Assembly (NCBI RefSeq): GCF_000143415.4
Contig: NW_003314365.1
Span: forward strand, 139,902-203,901
Length of the DNA stretch: 64,000 bases
Reading direction: 5' to 3'
DNA from: Selaginella moellendorffii
Lineage: Eukaryota > Plantae > Lycopodiophyta
Program-made: the position numbers and the translations under genes
The notes under the pieces: model-generated
The model's database searches: none
The model's input: the letters and a program-made list of their open reading frames with translations, nothing else
Told to the model about the DNA's origin: nothing
In this document: positions 11,290-24,912 of the stretch, in pieces
How positions within the stretch are numbered: the stretch's first letter is position 1
How the letters are laid out: each line of letters begins with the position of its first letter

Positions 11290-11975
11290 AGTTATTTCTT
11301 TTGGCAGCTATCAATGCCGATCCAGGGGAGATCCACGCGCTAATCATCGCCGCGTTACGGTGCTCCGTTGGCGAGCATGCCATCGCCGAGATCTTCTTCT
11401 GCCAAGAACTGGACAGACACTTGCATCGGGTGGAACCAGGGCATTGCCGTGTGAGCTCGAGACTGGCATCCCAGCCTGATCGGCGCCACATCCCAATCGC
11501 CGCCCCAAGCTCCAATTACTACAACGACAAGCCAAAGATGGTGACGGTGTTATTGTCTCAGCTCCAGGATTGCGAGGAGATCAGACAGCAGGGGTATGGC
11601 CTCCTCCAAAGGCCGTGGTTGATTTACCCTCCAGCAGTAGTCTTTCAACCAGGCCTGGAGCGGGCCTTCTGCCAACTTAAGTCGAGGTTCCTGGTGTTTC
11701 TCACCTGGATCTCCGCCACATCGCCTTTGATAGCTGCAAGAATTCGATATCGACGAGCATTTGCCGAAAGAGCACCAGAACCTCTGGCATTTGCCTGCTG
11801 TGGGCAAATGCGTTCCAGAAGAAAACATTTCCATCTTCCATTTTGTGGAGGACACCCAAGGCATCCGCGGCGCGCCCGCACTTTCCATACATTTCCATGA
11901 CGAAATTCGCGAGGAATCTATGACGATCAGAGCAGCGTCTCCTCCTCGTCGTCAAGAACAATGCGATGGAACCAT
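11290..11975 (-). pseudogene. PLS-type PPR relic; also ~21910-22610 and ~29320-30015, partial at 25309-25680
   Basis: FLANFVMEMYGKCGRAADALGVLHKMEDGNVFFWNA..LVLFRQM and HRNAAMISAW. Confidence 0.75.
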
Positions 11976-12010
11976 TCGTTAACTACATGTAAGCTTCGTC
12001 CAAATAGCAA

Positions 12011-12960
12011 ATGGCGCAAGGGCAGCGATAGCAGAGGTGACGCTGCCACCATTGGGCGACCTGGATAACGATACGCTGCTCCGCACTTTCGCTCGCATTC
12101 CAACAAGGAAGTTCCTCACCCGAGCAGCGCTTGTCTGCTGCGCTTGGCTGGATGATCCGGTCTGGCTCAAACCAAGACAAGCCTTCAAACAATACCTCGC
12201 AAAGCAAGCATCACAAGCATTGCTTTTGTGATTTAAAGCGGTATGTATATACTCTTGTCCAGATCGCTCAAGAACGCACAAGAGACTGTCTTGAGCTTCA
12301 TTCCTCATCTTTGCCACCTTTCGATTTTCGCCAAGCGATGTGTCGAGTGCAGTGCTTCGTGTAAGCTTGTGGGTGTGACTAGGCTAGTGGAGTCACGTTT
12401 TCATGTCCCTTACCACGCTCGCAGTGGCTTAACGTACCCAGGAGCAGTTGAGGGACTTCTTCGAACCTCGCAGATCCTTGTGTTGTATCATCGCCTCGCT
12501 TGCCATGCTTCTTCTCTTGTCAGCCATCAGCTATGCAGAGTCTAAACCTGCAAGCAGCTCTTGAGGAATTGTTTGCTCTCACCTGATGCTCGATCAAGGC
12601 TCTCACAACGTACTCTGGGACTAGACTACAGTGGATATCACTGATGCAACAAGCTTTAGGTTCTGAGTCTAAGTTAGTTGCACCAACTCAAAGATGTTCT
12701 GTTTTGTTTCATGGTTTTGAACATGGTTTTTCTATAGGAACAAGCATCAGACTGGAAGCTTTTGGGTGGTGTCTTGATGAATTAAGCTCCCCGAGGGTTT
12801 CATCTTGCGAAGAAGAGAGAAACAACTAACCCCAACCTTCAGCACTCTTGACATTTCCAGATGCCTTGCAACTCGAATCTCTTGGGCAGAACGCACCGGT
12901 GCTCTTGAGGGGGGTGCCTGGATCAAATCAAACTGATGGGAAACATTCGCGTGCCAGCTG
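12011..12960 (+). pseudogene. F-box/LRR gene relic; also ~22647-23610 and ~30055-30995, partial at 1390-1705
   Basis: F-box motif LGDLDNDTLLRTFARIPTRKFLTRAALVCCAW, then LRR-like decayed sequence (LSTLDISRC-type) with stops. Confidence 0.7.
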
Positions 12961-13033
12961 AGCGCCATGCCCAGAATTTCAAGAAACGATTCATGAAAGT
13001 AACAAACACGTTAACAAGCTATTAATGCATAAT

Positions 13034-13132
13034 TTGGACGGGAACCTGTTGGCCGGATATCTGGCTAGAATAAAAACAATTATTGGCAAGGTCACAGGTT
13101 CGAACCCACAGCCAGAGACCCAATTAAATTTT
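13034..13132 (+). ncRNA. Pol III-type element, type 1
   Basis: Same core sequence. Confidence 0.55.
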
Positions 13133-14122
13133 AGTGGGTCTTTATGGAATTCGCTGGAGTGCTTGAGCAGCAGCAGCAGCCACGATGATCATGGTCAGTG
13201 TGTCGATCTAGCCCAGACTCTTCCTTTTGCTTTAAAGTCATGCTGGAACGCGTCTCAGCATTGCTCGCTTGAACGCCAACAGGTTTGGACGAGGAGAGGA
13301 GCTTAAACTTGCAGCCCGCGTGACTCGCAATGCAGCCTTGTCTACGAAAGTATCATTGCATTTCAGCTAGAGGGGGTGTCCAAGTTTGAATCCACCACTA
13401 GCTCCTCCTACATGCTTCGTCAAAATAGCGAATGGCCGAGGACTACTGACGACCTGGATAACGATACGCTGCTCCACACTTTCGAGCAGCGTTTGACTGC
13501 CGCGCTTGTGCCAATCTCATGTAAGAAAGAGTGGAGCTGAGCGAGAGCGTAGCCTTTCTTCTCTCTAGTTTCTCGCAGTGGCTTGACGTGGGTCCTTGCA
13601 GATCATTGTGTTGTATCATTCCACCGCTTGTCATGCTTCTTCTTTGCTCTCACCTGACGCTCGATCAAGGCTCTCACAGGCTGCAGTGAATAACAACGGA
13701 ATCACTGGTGCATCAATCCTCAGGTTCTGAGTCTAATCAGTTGCACCAAATCAGGGATGTGCCTTGGGAGTGAGTATTTAATTTCATGGTCTTGAACATG
13801 GCCAGAGGATTTGATCTTGCAAAGAAGAGAGAAACAAATAAATACCCCAACCTCCAGCACTCTTGACATTTCCAGATGCCTCTCAACTCTGCTCTTCAAG
13901 AGGGTGGTTGGATCAAATCAAACTTGCTCATTTTCCAGAAACTTTTCTTGTTCCGAGAAACAAATTTTGCTCCAAAAAAAATCCTGGAACCAAGAAGAGA
14001 GGCTTGGAAACGTTCGCGCGACCTTGCCCACGTGATTGATACGGAACAAGAAATCAGCACGCGTGCCATTCACTCAAAATCAAGAACAAGCGAAACACTT
14101 TAACAGGCTATTAATGTTTAAT

Positions 14123-14228
14123 TTGGACGGGAACCTGTTGGCCGGATATCTGGCTAGAATAAAGAGATTTATTGGCAAGCTCACAGGTTCGAATCCACAG
14201 CCAGAGAACCACCTAAAAGCACTTTTTT
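14123..14228 (+). ncRNA. Pol III-type element, type 1
   Basis: Same core sequence. Confidence 0.55.
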
Positions 14229-14479
14229 CAAGTGTAGGCGATGTTGGAGTTTCTCCGCGATATTGGAATTTCCTTGTTTCTCCCTCCCGGCAGGCTCGAG
14301 AGACAAAAAAGACAGTGGTCGATCTAGCCCAGAAAGAAGCGATCGATCTAGCCCAGAAAGAAGGGATCCTGGAATGTGTCTCTCGCTTGGAACGATAATA
14401 GTTTTGGAGGAGGAACTTGCGCCTCGCGTGACTCGCAATGCACAGCCTCGTTACGATCGCACAGAGTGAGAACACGAAC

Positions 14480-14860
14480 GCTGAGCGGCAAGCTATTGAG
14501 CGGAGCAGAGACAGGACACGACCCTGGACATCGGTTTACCGATGCCCAAGAGTTTTGGCAACCTTCGAATGGCTGTGAGTCATGATCTCCAGCCCAGAGG
14601 ACAGGTCCAACTAGCATCGGACTTTTCCCCACTCTTTCATTCTCCAGCGCTGAAATTTGGCTCGACACTGGCCTCGTCTAGCTTCCCAGATCTCCCCAGC
14701 AGATCCACCAAGCATCTTAAGTTTTCCATGATCGTGGACATGCTGTAGTCTTGGGCTATGGACGACAAGTAGTTCTCATCCCGAGATGACTGCAGGCAGA
14801 AGAGCTCGCTCTGATCACAGTAGCTTGCAAGATGCAAAGGAGGGAGAAGCGTGGCAAAAC
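14480..14860 (-). pseudogene. PPR C-terminal (S2/E) relic; shorter version at ~3540-3790
   Basis: DYSMSTIMENLRCLVDLLGRSGKLDEA. Confidence 0.7.
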
Positions 14861-14867
14861 TTTTCTG

Positions 14868-14924
14868 ATTGGGTCTCTGGCTGTGGATTCGAACCTGTGA
14901 CCTTGCCATCAGGTTCCCGTCCAA
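14868..14924 (-). ncRNA. Pol III-type element, type 1, internally deleted
   Basis: Core with the segment between two TGGC motifs removed (microhomology deletion). Confidence 0.5.
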
Positions 14925-17900
14925 ATCGGACACTAATTGCTTCTTAACGTATATCATACCTTCACCATAACGGCGCAAGCTCTCGCTCATTTCTAAGCAT
15001 CCTTTCTAAACCCGTGGGAACGTTTTATAAGGCTGTCATCCTTTCTGCGGTTGTCAAGCTCAAGAAAGAAACCATTATGGAATGAAGATTTCACCACTGA
15101 ATCCCTGGGATAACCTACCTTTTCTTCTTTTGAGAAACAAGGTTTCCCTGCATCCAACGACTGAATGTCCAAAGATGGCTTGGTTGAGCATTGAAGATTA
15201 AATTGATCCAGGCACGCTCTTGATTAGCAGCAAAGTTAAGAGTACAAGGCTGGAGGTACTTCTCTGTTCTTTCAAATCCTGGGGAGCTTGAGATTTCATC
15301 AAGGGGCTTTCTTGTCGTGTTCTATCCAAGTTTGATGCTTGTTCCTAGCAGCAACAAGAAAAAACTCCATGAAATTTCAAGTCACACCCTGTGTGAAGAA
15401 GAGGGGGCAATGCATGGAAAGTACTCGGGGCCAAAAGGTGGCTGTCCACAACAAGAGTATTTAGAGCAAAAAGGGCGAAAGATGAACTGTGGGAAAGCAA
15501 TGCTTTCACTACAACGTACATCCCTTGTGCCCTGCTGATCAATCCAAAAGCCAACGCTGGTGGTAGTGCAGCAGCTCCTCCGTCCCGCGTTTAAATTCTA
15601 CAAGCTCTTGCCAGGTGCAAGGTTCCATGGCCGTTTGCGACAAGAGAAATGCTGGTCACGTCTTTCGAACTGGAGCTACCTGAATTGGATGCCGTGATTG
15701 GCTGCTTGCGAACAATTAAGCTATCAATCACTGTGCCTCTTTTGTTATTTTATTCACTCCAATGGTGGTGATTTGCCAGGTCCCCCAGGAAGCAGAGACT
15801 ATCGTCAAGGAGACCATCCATGGTTTTAATGCTTCTCATTTGCCTCCTCCAAAAGAGGGCGTCATTCGCATGGAAGCCAATGGTGGATTCATCCTCCAGA
15901 CGATTAGCGACGAGAAATGCTACATAAGGTACGGTATTAAGTTTTTTTTTCTTTTGTTTTCTTCTTAAGATAGTCACTACTTCTTTTACAGAGCAGTAAT
16001 ACACCTGGACCTTAAGCTCGACCTTGTTCTGACATGGGTGATTAACTTCCTTGGGCGTCAAGTTGTGGGACACGGCTTCAGGCTATACCTCAAGGTATAT
16101 TTCTTTCCTTTTGGGGTGAAAAATGTCTAAGCTTTGTGTGTTACAATAGACTGTTTCTTCTGTTAAAGAGAGCAAAGTGTTTCAAGAATGCATCAGGCAA
16201 CAGCCACTCTACAGCCACATAACGTTACAGATGCTACCAAAATCGAGCCACGAAAATGGATACAAGAGTTGAGGTGCTTTTCATAAGAAGTATTCATAAG
16301 CTTCCTGCACAAGAGCATTTACATTTATAAACAATTTATAAACAAAGAGGAGCTTGAGGCCCACCGATACTCCTGAAAAGTCCGAACTTATTCATGAGAC
16401 ATATGCAAGGTGGGTTTTATAAGATTTCTGTTGTTTTGCATGTCTAGAAAAATCTGCTGCAGTCAAGCTCAAGAAAGAAACCATTCTCTTCTCGATGGAA
16501 TGAAACTCTCACTTGCTCCATGCTCTGGCGAGGCCATGGCAAACAAAATGGGTGGACTCTTCGTCTCAATCTGACAAGCAGCTGATGCAAAGGCTACTTT
16601 TGAGAAACAAAGCGTAAGTATGCTGCAACAAGAACCAGCAACAGCCGTTTAAGGTATTGTCATGGAAGATGGCTTGCCTGAGCTCGAGTTTGATTTGATC
16701 CAGGCACCCTAGTCCCATCTATTCTTCACTTGGTTGTCAAAGCTTGGAGGTCCATAGGTTTCAATCCTTTCAAATCCTGCTCCAACTTTTGATGCCTTTT
16801 CTTGGCAATAATATATTGCTCTGAAACCGTGAAAGCTTACTCACCTGCAAAAAAAACTCCAGGGTTGCACCAGACATCCAATAAACCAGGGAAGCTCTCG
16901 AGGAAAATCCTAGATTCAACATAAACAAGTCACACCTCATGGAATTGGTGGTGATCTTGGTGCAACTAGCTAGTTAAGCTTGTCCTCAAACACATGGTTT
17001 TGGCATTTGTCTTTCACACTATTGTCCAATCTTGTGAAAGCCTTGACCGAGCTTAAACTCAATCAGCTGAGAACAAGCTGTCTCAAAAGTTTCCAAAGAG
17101 CAGAAGGCATAATACAAAGGTCACAAACTCGTCTCATCACAAGTTGCATTGTGGTCACTCCACGCCTTGGATGTTGATGAACTACAGGCCTCCATTTATC
17201 TTGGAAAATACATCTATGAGGAATGAAGCAATCTGGACAATAGTATAAGCAAAATGAGCACGAGAAGAACCATACATACCGTGGAAAAGCATGAGTTCTA
17301 CACTCAAAACGACATACACATGGCACGGGCAATGTTCGATCAAATGCCCGAGTGCCACAACATTGTCGCATGGATTGCTAGGCCTACGCTCTCACTGGGA
17401 ATTTCTTCCACGCTTTAATTTGATCCTCTACCAGGAGATGGTCTTGGAAGGAATGGCTCCCGACTAGATCACATTCACTTCCAAAATCAGAAAAGTTCTT
17501 TGTCAGGATGTACCATCTACTAGGACGAAACTGGCCTCAAGAATGCTAGAGCATAAGTTATAACATGTAGCTACGTGGGGCTCCTCGCTAAATGATGAAC
17601 CTATGCAGAGACTTGCCCGATCGTGGAGCACTAGTACACGCAAGGTGGATTGTTAACATTGAGGATGTCATTGTTGTGTGCTAAAGTGGCCTGAAGAACC
17701 CCACCGTGATTGGATTCCTTGTGTTTCCATCACTCTTTTAGCTAATAGAGCTTCTAATTACAATCTTTTACAAGGAACCCACAGTACAAAGACTAAGCTC
17801 GGTTACAATCTCTTAAAATGAACCCAGGACTAAGCTCAATAATGAAGATTAGGCCATTGTTGGAATGTCCATTTTAAGGAGTTGTGCTCTTATTGGATAG

Positions 17901-17949
17901 CTCATTGATGCTTTTCAATTAAAACGTACAATAAGCCTCCTGTGGGAAC

Positions 17950-18632
17950 ATGCAGTCTATGTTAGGAGATCTCAGCAGGCATGGTGGATCAATGTTCCAT
18001 CTGGAACGGATGAAATTTCTTGCTCAAGGTGCTCGTCTGACCACATTCCACAGCAATATTCTGAAGGAGATATTCGATGGGTTGTACAAAGAGATCAGGA
18101 AGATCCTGGTGCCGTTCATTTGTGGATGTTGTGCTGCCATTTGAATGGAAATTCGGGGGTTGGTAAATCTGCATTCGTCTGGTACTTCCGGTCATGATCT
18201 ACGAGTCCAGAGCGACTGTTTTGATGTTCAAGGTTAACAAAGCTCAGGGTGGTGAATAGAGAAGACTTCCCTCAGGAGATTGTGCTGGACAGCAAAGTAG
18301 ATACCATCTCATCGATCTGTGAGTGGACTTGGGGCGGATGGTTGGAAATAAAACCCTTGTTGCTGCTTCATCACCAGACGAGTTCAATGTCAGAAAAGCC
18401 AAGCGGACAACGTTCACTCGCTATCTGCCTGCGTGGGAAAAGCACGAGTACGATGCTCTTGTGTCTTCTTGGAGGAAACGCGTGACAGACTATGAGAGTG
18501 GATCGGAAGAAGCCAAAGAGATAACGCAGAGAGTAAATGCTGCTGAAATGGCGTTTGAATGGTTTGGAGGTATCCCCTGGTTTCTTTGGGATGTAGAAGC
18601 AAACGGTCTGACTGTGGAAGCTTTCAAAAGGG
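17950..18632 (+). pseudogene. Crinkler/RHS-type P-loop NTPase relic (copy 2)
   Basis: As 6812-7509, with additional indels. Confidence 0.6.
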
Positions 18633-19715
18633 TTTGTCCTTCAAGCGTTTTGAGCGTTGGTGGTCCAGGAAACTAAGGTGCGCATCTTCATGCTCTCAAA
18701 CATGCTCCTGGTGGCGTTCAAGTTGAAACTTGCTTGAGAGCTATCCAGCAGACAATGGTCTTGCGCAGGATCTCGTGAACGGCCTTGTCAAAATGCCCAT
18801 TCTCGCAAATGCGAGGATCCACGGTACTGGATTCTTCTCCGGGATTTGACCGAAGGTGTTCTTCGTGAGGGCAACGACGCCTTGGATGGTCCTAATGATG
18901 GAAGTCGTTGTAATTCTTAGGATACTACTTTATCCATCACGAATAGCATCAATACAGTAATCACTTCGAAGCTTTTAAAATAGGATCTACATATTTTGTC
19001 TTGGTAATGGGAGATTTCACTTCCTGAACATAGTCGCTTCTATATATCAGGTGAAGCAAGATCTAACGTCCACATCTTGATTGATTTCATTTGCTGTTAA
19101 ATCCATCCATTTTTTGAATTTTTTTTGTGTGTGGCTATCCGGCACCAGGAATCGTCTAAAATCCATGGTGAGGCTCTTTGGGTATCGAGGTTTCTTCATT
19201 TGAATCCTTGGAATCTTTCGGTTTTCGGTTTTCGACATCCAAGCCGGCTCCCTTTCGTCCTTGGGCGGCTGGATGCCTTGGATGATCGCCGCATTTTGCC
19301 GCGTCTTGGCGTCCGGAAGGGATGTGTCAGGGAGCGAAGCAATTGCGTCAGAATAGATGCAGCTGAGCTCCTGGACCAGCTCGTCCCAAGTCCGGCACGA
19401 CAGGCCCGTTGTGTAGTTGGGAGAGAGGGGATGGAAAACGTGGCCTTTGTCTGGGTGCAACCGGATGGAGAGCTTTCCGAGAAAACATCGAGAGATGGCA
19501 GCTTTCCGCTGCACAGAGGAAGACGAATACCCGAGTCTCTCTCACCTCGCGAAACCGTAGCCGCACTAAAATCTAACGGTTTGGATGGTATATTCTAAGA
19601 TATCCTTTAATCCAACGGCTGTGATGTATCGCTCTTAACCTTTTATTTGTTTGTAGTTACCACTAATATAAACTGCGTTTAAAAGTTCGGTTAATTTAAT
19701 AATAAAATAATAAAA

Positions 19716-19853
19716 TAGTGTTCATGTTAGGGGGCGACCCTAACACCGTACTATTCTTAATTGAAAGTCGAGGCGGATGGGAATCGAACCCAGCAACCCT
19801 TCACAATAGAACATTACAGCGTGCATGCTATAACCACAAAGCCATGAACACTG
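19716..19853 (-). mobile_element. tRNA-derived element, type 2 (copy 2)
   Basis: Near-identical to 9095-9232. Confidence 0.55.
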
Positions 19854-20490
19854 GGAGATAACAAAATATTATTTCAGCACCTCTTATTTGAAAAACAAGA
19901 TTTGGAATCCATCTGATTGTCCACGTGGACGACATCCAGGGGCTGCGAGGCCAGAGGATCCACGCGCGGATCCTGGAGAGCAGCTACTGGCCGAATCAAT
20001 ACCGTCTTCATCCGGCATGAAATCAAACATTTCTTTGGAGGTGGTCTGCTATTCACTGCTGGAAGGGGAACCCATGGAACGTCCTGTCATTCTGGGCAGT
20101 AGATTCGTCCAGGACACCAGATCCTTGGCCGGCGTTTTTGCCCAAGCTCGATTTCGCTGCCACAATTTGCCCCTGCTGCGCGAGAGCCATTATCATCGAG
20201 TTCCATGGCGCTCTGAGAGGCAATCAAACATAGACTCTCACTCTCGGATGCGGGATGCCGCCACATACGCGGTGACCATCGCGTTCCAGGAGACGATAAT
20301 CGAACAAGATTGACGCCGCATCGATCGAATGCCCTGTTCTTGCTGCTCGCATTTGCCAGCGAAAGGGAATATCGCGCGATCCAAGAGCCTGAACCGTGGA
20401 TCATTCGGGGGGATCGGCACGAGAGAAGATTTAGCTCCAGCAACGCTGCCGAGAGCGACTTTGCGGAGAAGAGAAATCCCTCGTTCATAC

Positions 20491-20592
20491 AAAAAAAATT
20501 GATTGGGTCTCTGGCTGTGGGTTCGAACCTGTGACCTTGCCAATATATTTTTTTATTCTAGCCAGATATCCGGCCATCAGGTTCCCGTCCAA
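20491..20592 (-). ncRNA. Pol III-type element, type 1 (inverted copy)
   Basis: Same as 9870-9971. Confidence 0.55.
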
Positions 20593-23500
20593 AGTGTACA
20601 CTAATTGCTTCTTAACGTATACCATCATGTAAACAGCGGCGCAAGAGATTTTCGTTTTGTGGGCGCATGGCGCGCAGCGCGTTGCTGCTGTCAAGCTCAA
20701 GAAAGAAACCATTCTCTTCTCGATGGAATGAAACTCTCACTTTCTCCATGCTCTGGCGAGGCCATGGCAAACAAAACGGGTTGGATGGACTCTGCATCTC
20801 AATCTGAGCAAGCAGCTGATGCAGAAGCTACTTTTGAGAAACAAAGTATAAGTATGCTGCAACAAGAACCAGCAACATCCGTTTAAGATATTGTTCTGGA
20901 AGATGGCTTGTCTGAGCTCAAGTTTGATTTGATCCAGGCACCATGGTCCCGGGAATCTATTCTTCACTTGGTTGTCCAAGCTGGAGGTCCATAGGTTTGG
21001 ATCCTTTCAAGTCCTCGGGGCGTGAGACTCTGGAGCTCCAAGTTTTGATGCCTTCTCTTGGCAATAATATAATATATTGCTCTGAAACCGTGAAAGCTTA
21101 CTCACCCGCAAACAAAACTCCAGGGTTGCACCAGAGATCCAATAAACCTGTGAGAGCCTTGACCAAGCTCAAACTCAATCAGCTCAGAGCAAGCTTTCTC
21201 AAAAGTTTCCAAAGAGCAGATGGCATAACACAAAAAACGTATACCAGGTCACCAACTCATCTCATCACAAGTTGCGTTATGGTCACTCCACGCCTTGGAT
21301 GTTGATGAACTACAGGCCTCCATTTTATCTTGGAAAATGCTTGAGGCCAAAGGGTGGCGAAGATGAGGAATGAAGCGATCTGGACTGGACAAGAGTATAA
21401 ACAGAATGAGGACGAGAAGAACCATATATACCGCGGAAAAGCAGTGCTTGTGCTTGTGAGCCTAGTTTGAAGATGTCTGAGACTGAGAAGAAAGACCATG
21501 CTGCTCGACTCATAGAGCACGCCCGGCAGCAGCACACCGCCCGGGTAAAGAGCCCCCTGGATCGAAAATGTGCAGCAGTAGCGTATAATGGCAATGGCGG
21601 TGGTTTTCCATGGCATCGTTCTTGAGCCTTGACGAGGAGGTGCCATCCAGCGAAGATTTGCAGGAAGGAGGAGCGATCTCCAGCGGTGGGCGCCTGGGCG
21701 AGAATGCGGTGAGCACAGATCTGGGAAGGGGAAGGCGCATCCACGAGGAAAATCGTCTCCAGCGGCCTCGAGGTTCCTTGCTAATCTGGTCATAGAAAGG
21801 TATGGAAAGTGCGGGCGCTGGAAATCTTCCAGAAGATGAAAGATCGAGGTTCTTTCTCGTGGAAGATTGCGATCGCGGCATTTGCCCTTGTTACTCTTTT
21901 TCGAGCATCCAGTTATTTCTTTTGGCAGCTATCAATGCCGATCCGGGGGAGATCCACGCGCTAATCATCGCCGCGTTACGGTGCTCCGTTGGCGAGCATG
22001 CCATCGCCGAGATCTTCTTCTGCCAAGAACTGGACAGACACTTGCATCGGGTGGAACCAGGGCATTGCCGTGTGAGCTCGAGACTGGCATCCCAGCCTGA
22101 TCGGCGCCACATCCCAATCGCCGCCCCAAGCTCCAAATACTACAACGACAAGCCAAAGATGGTGACGGTGTTATTGTCTCAGCTCCAGGATTGCGAGGAG
22201 ATCAGACAGCAGGGGTATGGCCTCCTCCAAAGGCCGTGGTTGATTTACCCTCCAGCAGTAGTCTTTCAACCAGGCCTGGAGCGGGGCCTTCTGCCAACTT
22301 AAGTCGAGGTTCCTGGTGTTTCTCACCATGTGTTTCTCACCTGGATCTCCGCCACATCGCCATTGATAGCTGCAAGAATTCGATATCGACGAGCATTTGC
22401 CGAAAGAGCACCAGAACTTCTGGCATTTGCCTGCTGTGGGCAAATGCGTTCTAGAAGAAAACATTTCCATCTTCCATTTTGTGGAGGACACCCAAGGCAT
22501 CCGCGGCGCGCCCGCACTTTCCATACATTTCCATGACGAAATTCGCGAGGAATCTATGACGATCAGAGCAGCGTCTCCTCCTCGTCGTCAAGAACAATGC
22601 GATGGAACCATTCGTTAACTACATGTAAGCTTCGTCAAAATAGCAAATGGCGCAAGGACAGCGATAGCAGAGGTGACGCTGCCACCATTGGGCGACCTGG
22701 ATAACGATACGCTGCTCCGCACTTTTGCTCGCATTCCAACAAGGAAGTTCCCCACCCGAGCAGCGCTTGTCTGCTGCGCTTGGCTGGATGATCCGGTCTG
22801 GCTCAAACCAAGACAAGCCTTCAAACAATACCTCGCAAAGCAAGCATCACAAGCATTGCTTTTGTGATTTAAAGCGGTATGTATATACTCTTGTCCAGAT
22901 CGCTCAAGAACGCACAAGAGACTGTCTTGAGCTTCATTCCTCACCTTTGCCACCTTTTGATTTTCGCCAAGCGATGTGTCGAGTGCAGTGCTTCGCGTAA
23001 GCTTGTGGGTGTGACTAGGCTAGTGGAGTCACGTTTTAAAGCTTCTCCTTGTCCCTTACCACGCTCGCAGTGGCTTAACATACCCAGGAGCAGTTGAGGG
23101 ACTTCTTCGAACCTCGCAGATCCTTGTGTTGTATCATCACCTCGCTTGCCATGCTTCTTCTTTTGTCAGCCATCAGCTATGCAGAGTCTAAGCCTGCAAG
23201 CAGCTCTTTATTGAGGAATTGTTTGCTCTCACCTGATGCTCGATCAAGGCTCTCACAACGTACTCTGGGACTAGACTACAGTGGATATCACTGATGCAAC
23301 AAGCTTTAGGTTCTGAGTCTAAGTTAGTTGCACCAACTCAAAGATGTTCTGTTTTGTTTCATGGTTTTGAACATGGTTTTTCTATAGGAACAAGCATCAG
23401 ACTGGAAGCTTTTGGGTGGTGTCTTGACGAATTAAGCTTCCCGAGGGTTTCATCTTGCGAAGAAGAGAGAAACAACTAACCCCAACCTTCAGCACTCTTG

Positions 23501-23683
23501 ACATTTCCAGATGCCTTGCAACTCGAATCTCTTGGGCAGAACGCACCGGTGCTCTTGAGGGGGGTGCCTGGATCAAATCAAACTGATGGGAAACATTCGC
23601 GTGCCAGCTGAGCGCCATGCCCAGAATTTCAAGAAACGATTCATGAAAGTAACAAACACGTTAACAAGCTATTAATGCATAAT

Positions 23684-23782
23684 TTGGACGGGAACCTGTT
23701 GGCCGGATATCTGGCTAGAATAAAAACAATTATTGGCAAGGTCACAGGTTCGAACCCACAGCCAGAGACCCAACTAAATTTT
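23684..23782 (+). ncRNA. Pol III-type element, type 1
   Basis: Same core sequence. Confidence 0.55.
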
Positions 23783-24806
23783 ACTTCGCTTGCGCAAGAA
23801 TTTGCCGGTGGGTCTTTATGGAATTCGCTGGAGTGCTTGAGCAGCAGCAGCAGCCACGATGATCATGGTCAGTGTGTCGATCTAGCCCAGACTCTTCCTT
23901 TTGCTTTAAAGTCATGCTGGAACGCGTCTCAGCATTGCTCGCTTGAACGCCAACAGGTTTGGACGAGGAGAGGAGCTTAAACTTGCAGCCCGCGTGACTC
24001 GCAATGCAGCCTTGTCTACGAAAGTATCATTGCATTTCAGCTAGAGGGGGTGTCCAAGTTTGAATCCACCACTAGCTCCTCCTACATGCTTCGTCAAAAT
24101 AGCGAATGGCCGAGGACTACTGACGACCTGGATAACGATACGCTGCTCCACACTTTCGAGCAGCGTTTGACTGCCGCGCTTGTGCCAATCTCATGTAAGA
24201 AAGAGTGGAGCTGAGCGAGAGCGTAGCCTTTCTTCTCTCTAGTTTCTCGCAGTGGCTTGACGTGGGTCCTTGCAGATCATTGTGTTGTATCATTTCACCG
24301 CTTGTCATGCTTCTTCTTTGCTCTCACCTGACGCTCGATCAAGGCTCTCACAGGCTGCAGTGAATAACAAAGGAATCACTGGTGCATCAACCCTCAGGTT
24401 CTGAGTCTAATCAGTTGCACCAAATCAGGGATGTGCCTCTCGTGTTTTTGGGAGTGAGTATTTAATTTCATGGTCTTGAACATGGCCAGAGGATTTGATC
24501 TTGCAAAGAAGAGAGAAACAAATAAATACCCCAACCTCCAGCACTCTTGACATTTCCAGATGCCTCTCAACTCTGCTTTTCAAGAGGGTGGTTGGATCAA
24601 ATCAAACTTGCTCATTTTCCAGAAACTTTTCTTGTTCCGAGAAACAAATTTTGCTCCAAAAAAAATCCTGGAACCAAGAAGAGAGGCTTGGAAACGTTCG
24701 CGCGACCTTGCCCACGTGATTGATACGGAACAAGAAATCAGCACGCGTGCCATTCACTCAAAATCAAGAACAAGCGAAACACTTTAACAGGCTATTAATG
24801 TTTAAT

Positions 24807-24912
24807 TTGGACGGGAACCTGTTGGCCGGATATCTGGCTAGAATAAAGAGATTTATTGGCAAGCTCACAGGTTCGAATCCACAGCCAGAGAACCACCTAA
24901 AAACACTTTTTT
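24807..24912 (+). ncRNA. Pol III-type element, type 1
   Basis: Same core sequence. Confidence 0.55.

Noticed and set aside
11181-11900. 239 aa plus-strand ORF (and 21802-22302, 29036-29710)
   Set aside because: Antisense shadow of PPR relics; frame not conserved among copies
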